Positions 63,663-64,000 of a DNA stretch of 64,000 nt are shown here, in pieces (the stretch's first letter is position 1; each line of letters starts with the position of its first letter). This DNA is from Adineta vaga (Eukaryota; Animalia; Rotifera): the NCBI GenBank assembly GCA_021613535.1, contig CP075492.1:3162001-3226000 (forward strand), given 5' to 3'. The position numbers and the translations under genes were made by a program. Under the pieces are notes generated by a model. The model saw nothing but the letters and a program-made list of their open reading frames with translations. It was not told the origin of the DNA and did no database searches.

Positions 63663-64000
63663 ATGATTGAAAAATAATGTGATTCTTTTTTCTATTAGTT
63701 ATTCTACTAATTTGATTAGTTTTAACAAGTATTTTCAACAGCCATTTATTTTCGTTTGTCTCTATTAATCTATTTTCTGTACACGTACATGCTTTATTCT
63801 TTTCTCAAATGAATCTGTACAGCATGTATTTCCTAGATCATCCATTTCAATGAATCAATAGTCAAGATGAATACGAACGATTTTAGATAAATCTTACAAT
63901 TTCTTGAATATTTATTTATTGATTAGTGGCATTGCAAACACACAAATCACCAACAGAAGAAACAATGTTATTCTCACTCGAAATATTATCACCAACAAAA

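Overview
AT-rich eukaryotic DNA with short GT-AG introns. The gene repertoire (NHL-EGF receptors, FG-GAP repeat protein, orphan GPCRs, F-box/LRR proteins, several bacterial/fungal-type genes) and TGTGGG/TGAGGG motifs point to a bdelloid rotifer; this is an inference. The window is a mosaic of intact genes, frameshifted copies and gene fragments. Two things stand out. (1) A ~9-kb, compositionally uniform, intron-rich block (19.4-28.7 kb) carries three co-oriented genes that the ORF track fragments: an intact Ginger2/KRBA2-type DD36E integrase, an RPA70-like double-OB-fold ssDNA-binding protein and a DUF3987-like AAA+ ATPase. It is a candidate replicative DNA transposon of a type I do not recognise. 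(2) About 19 short hairpins with telomere-repeat arms (CTTGAGGGTGTGGG...CCCACACCCTCAAG) sit between genes, several exactly at the ends of duplicated segments and truncated genes. Also present: HGT candidates (GTPase-DUF697, SDR, decaying Trk/HKT transporter), a receiver-like/ADP-ribosyltransferase fusion, MITEs and a HINE-like element. All assignments are by eye; single-base frameshifts could be assembly errors.
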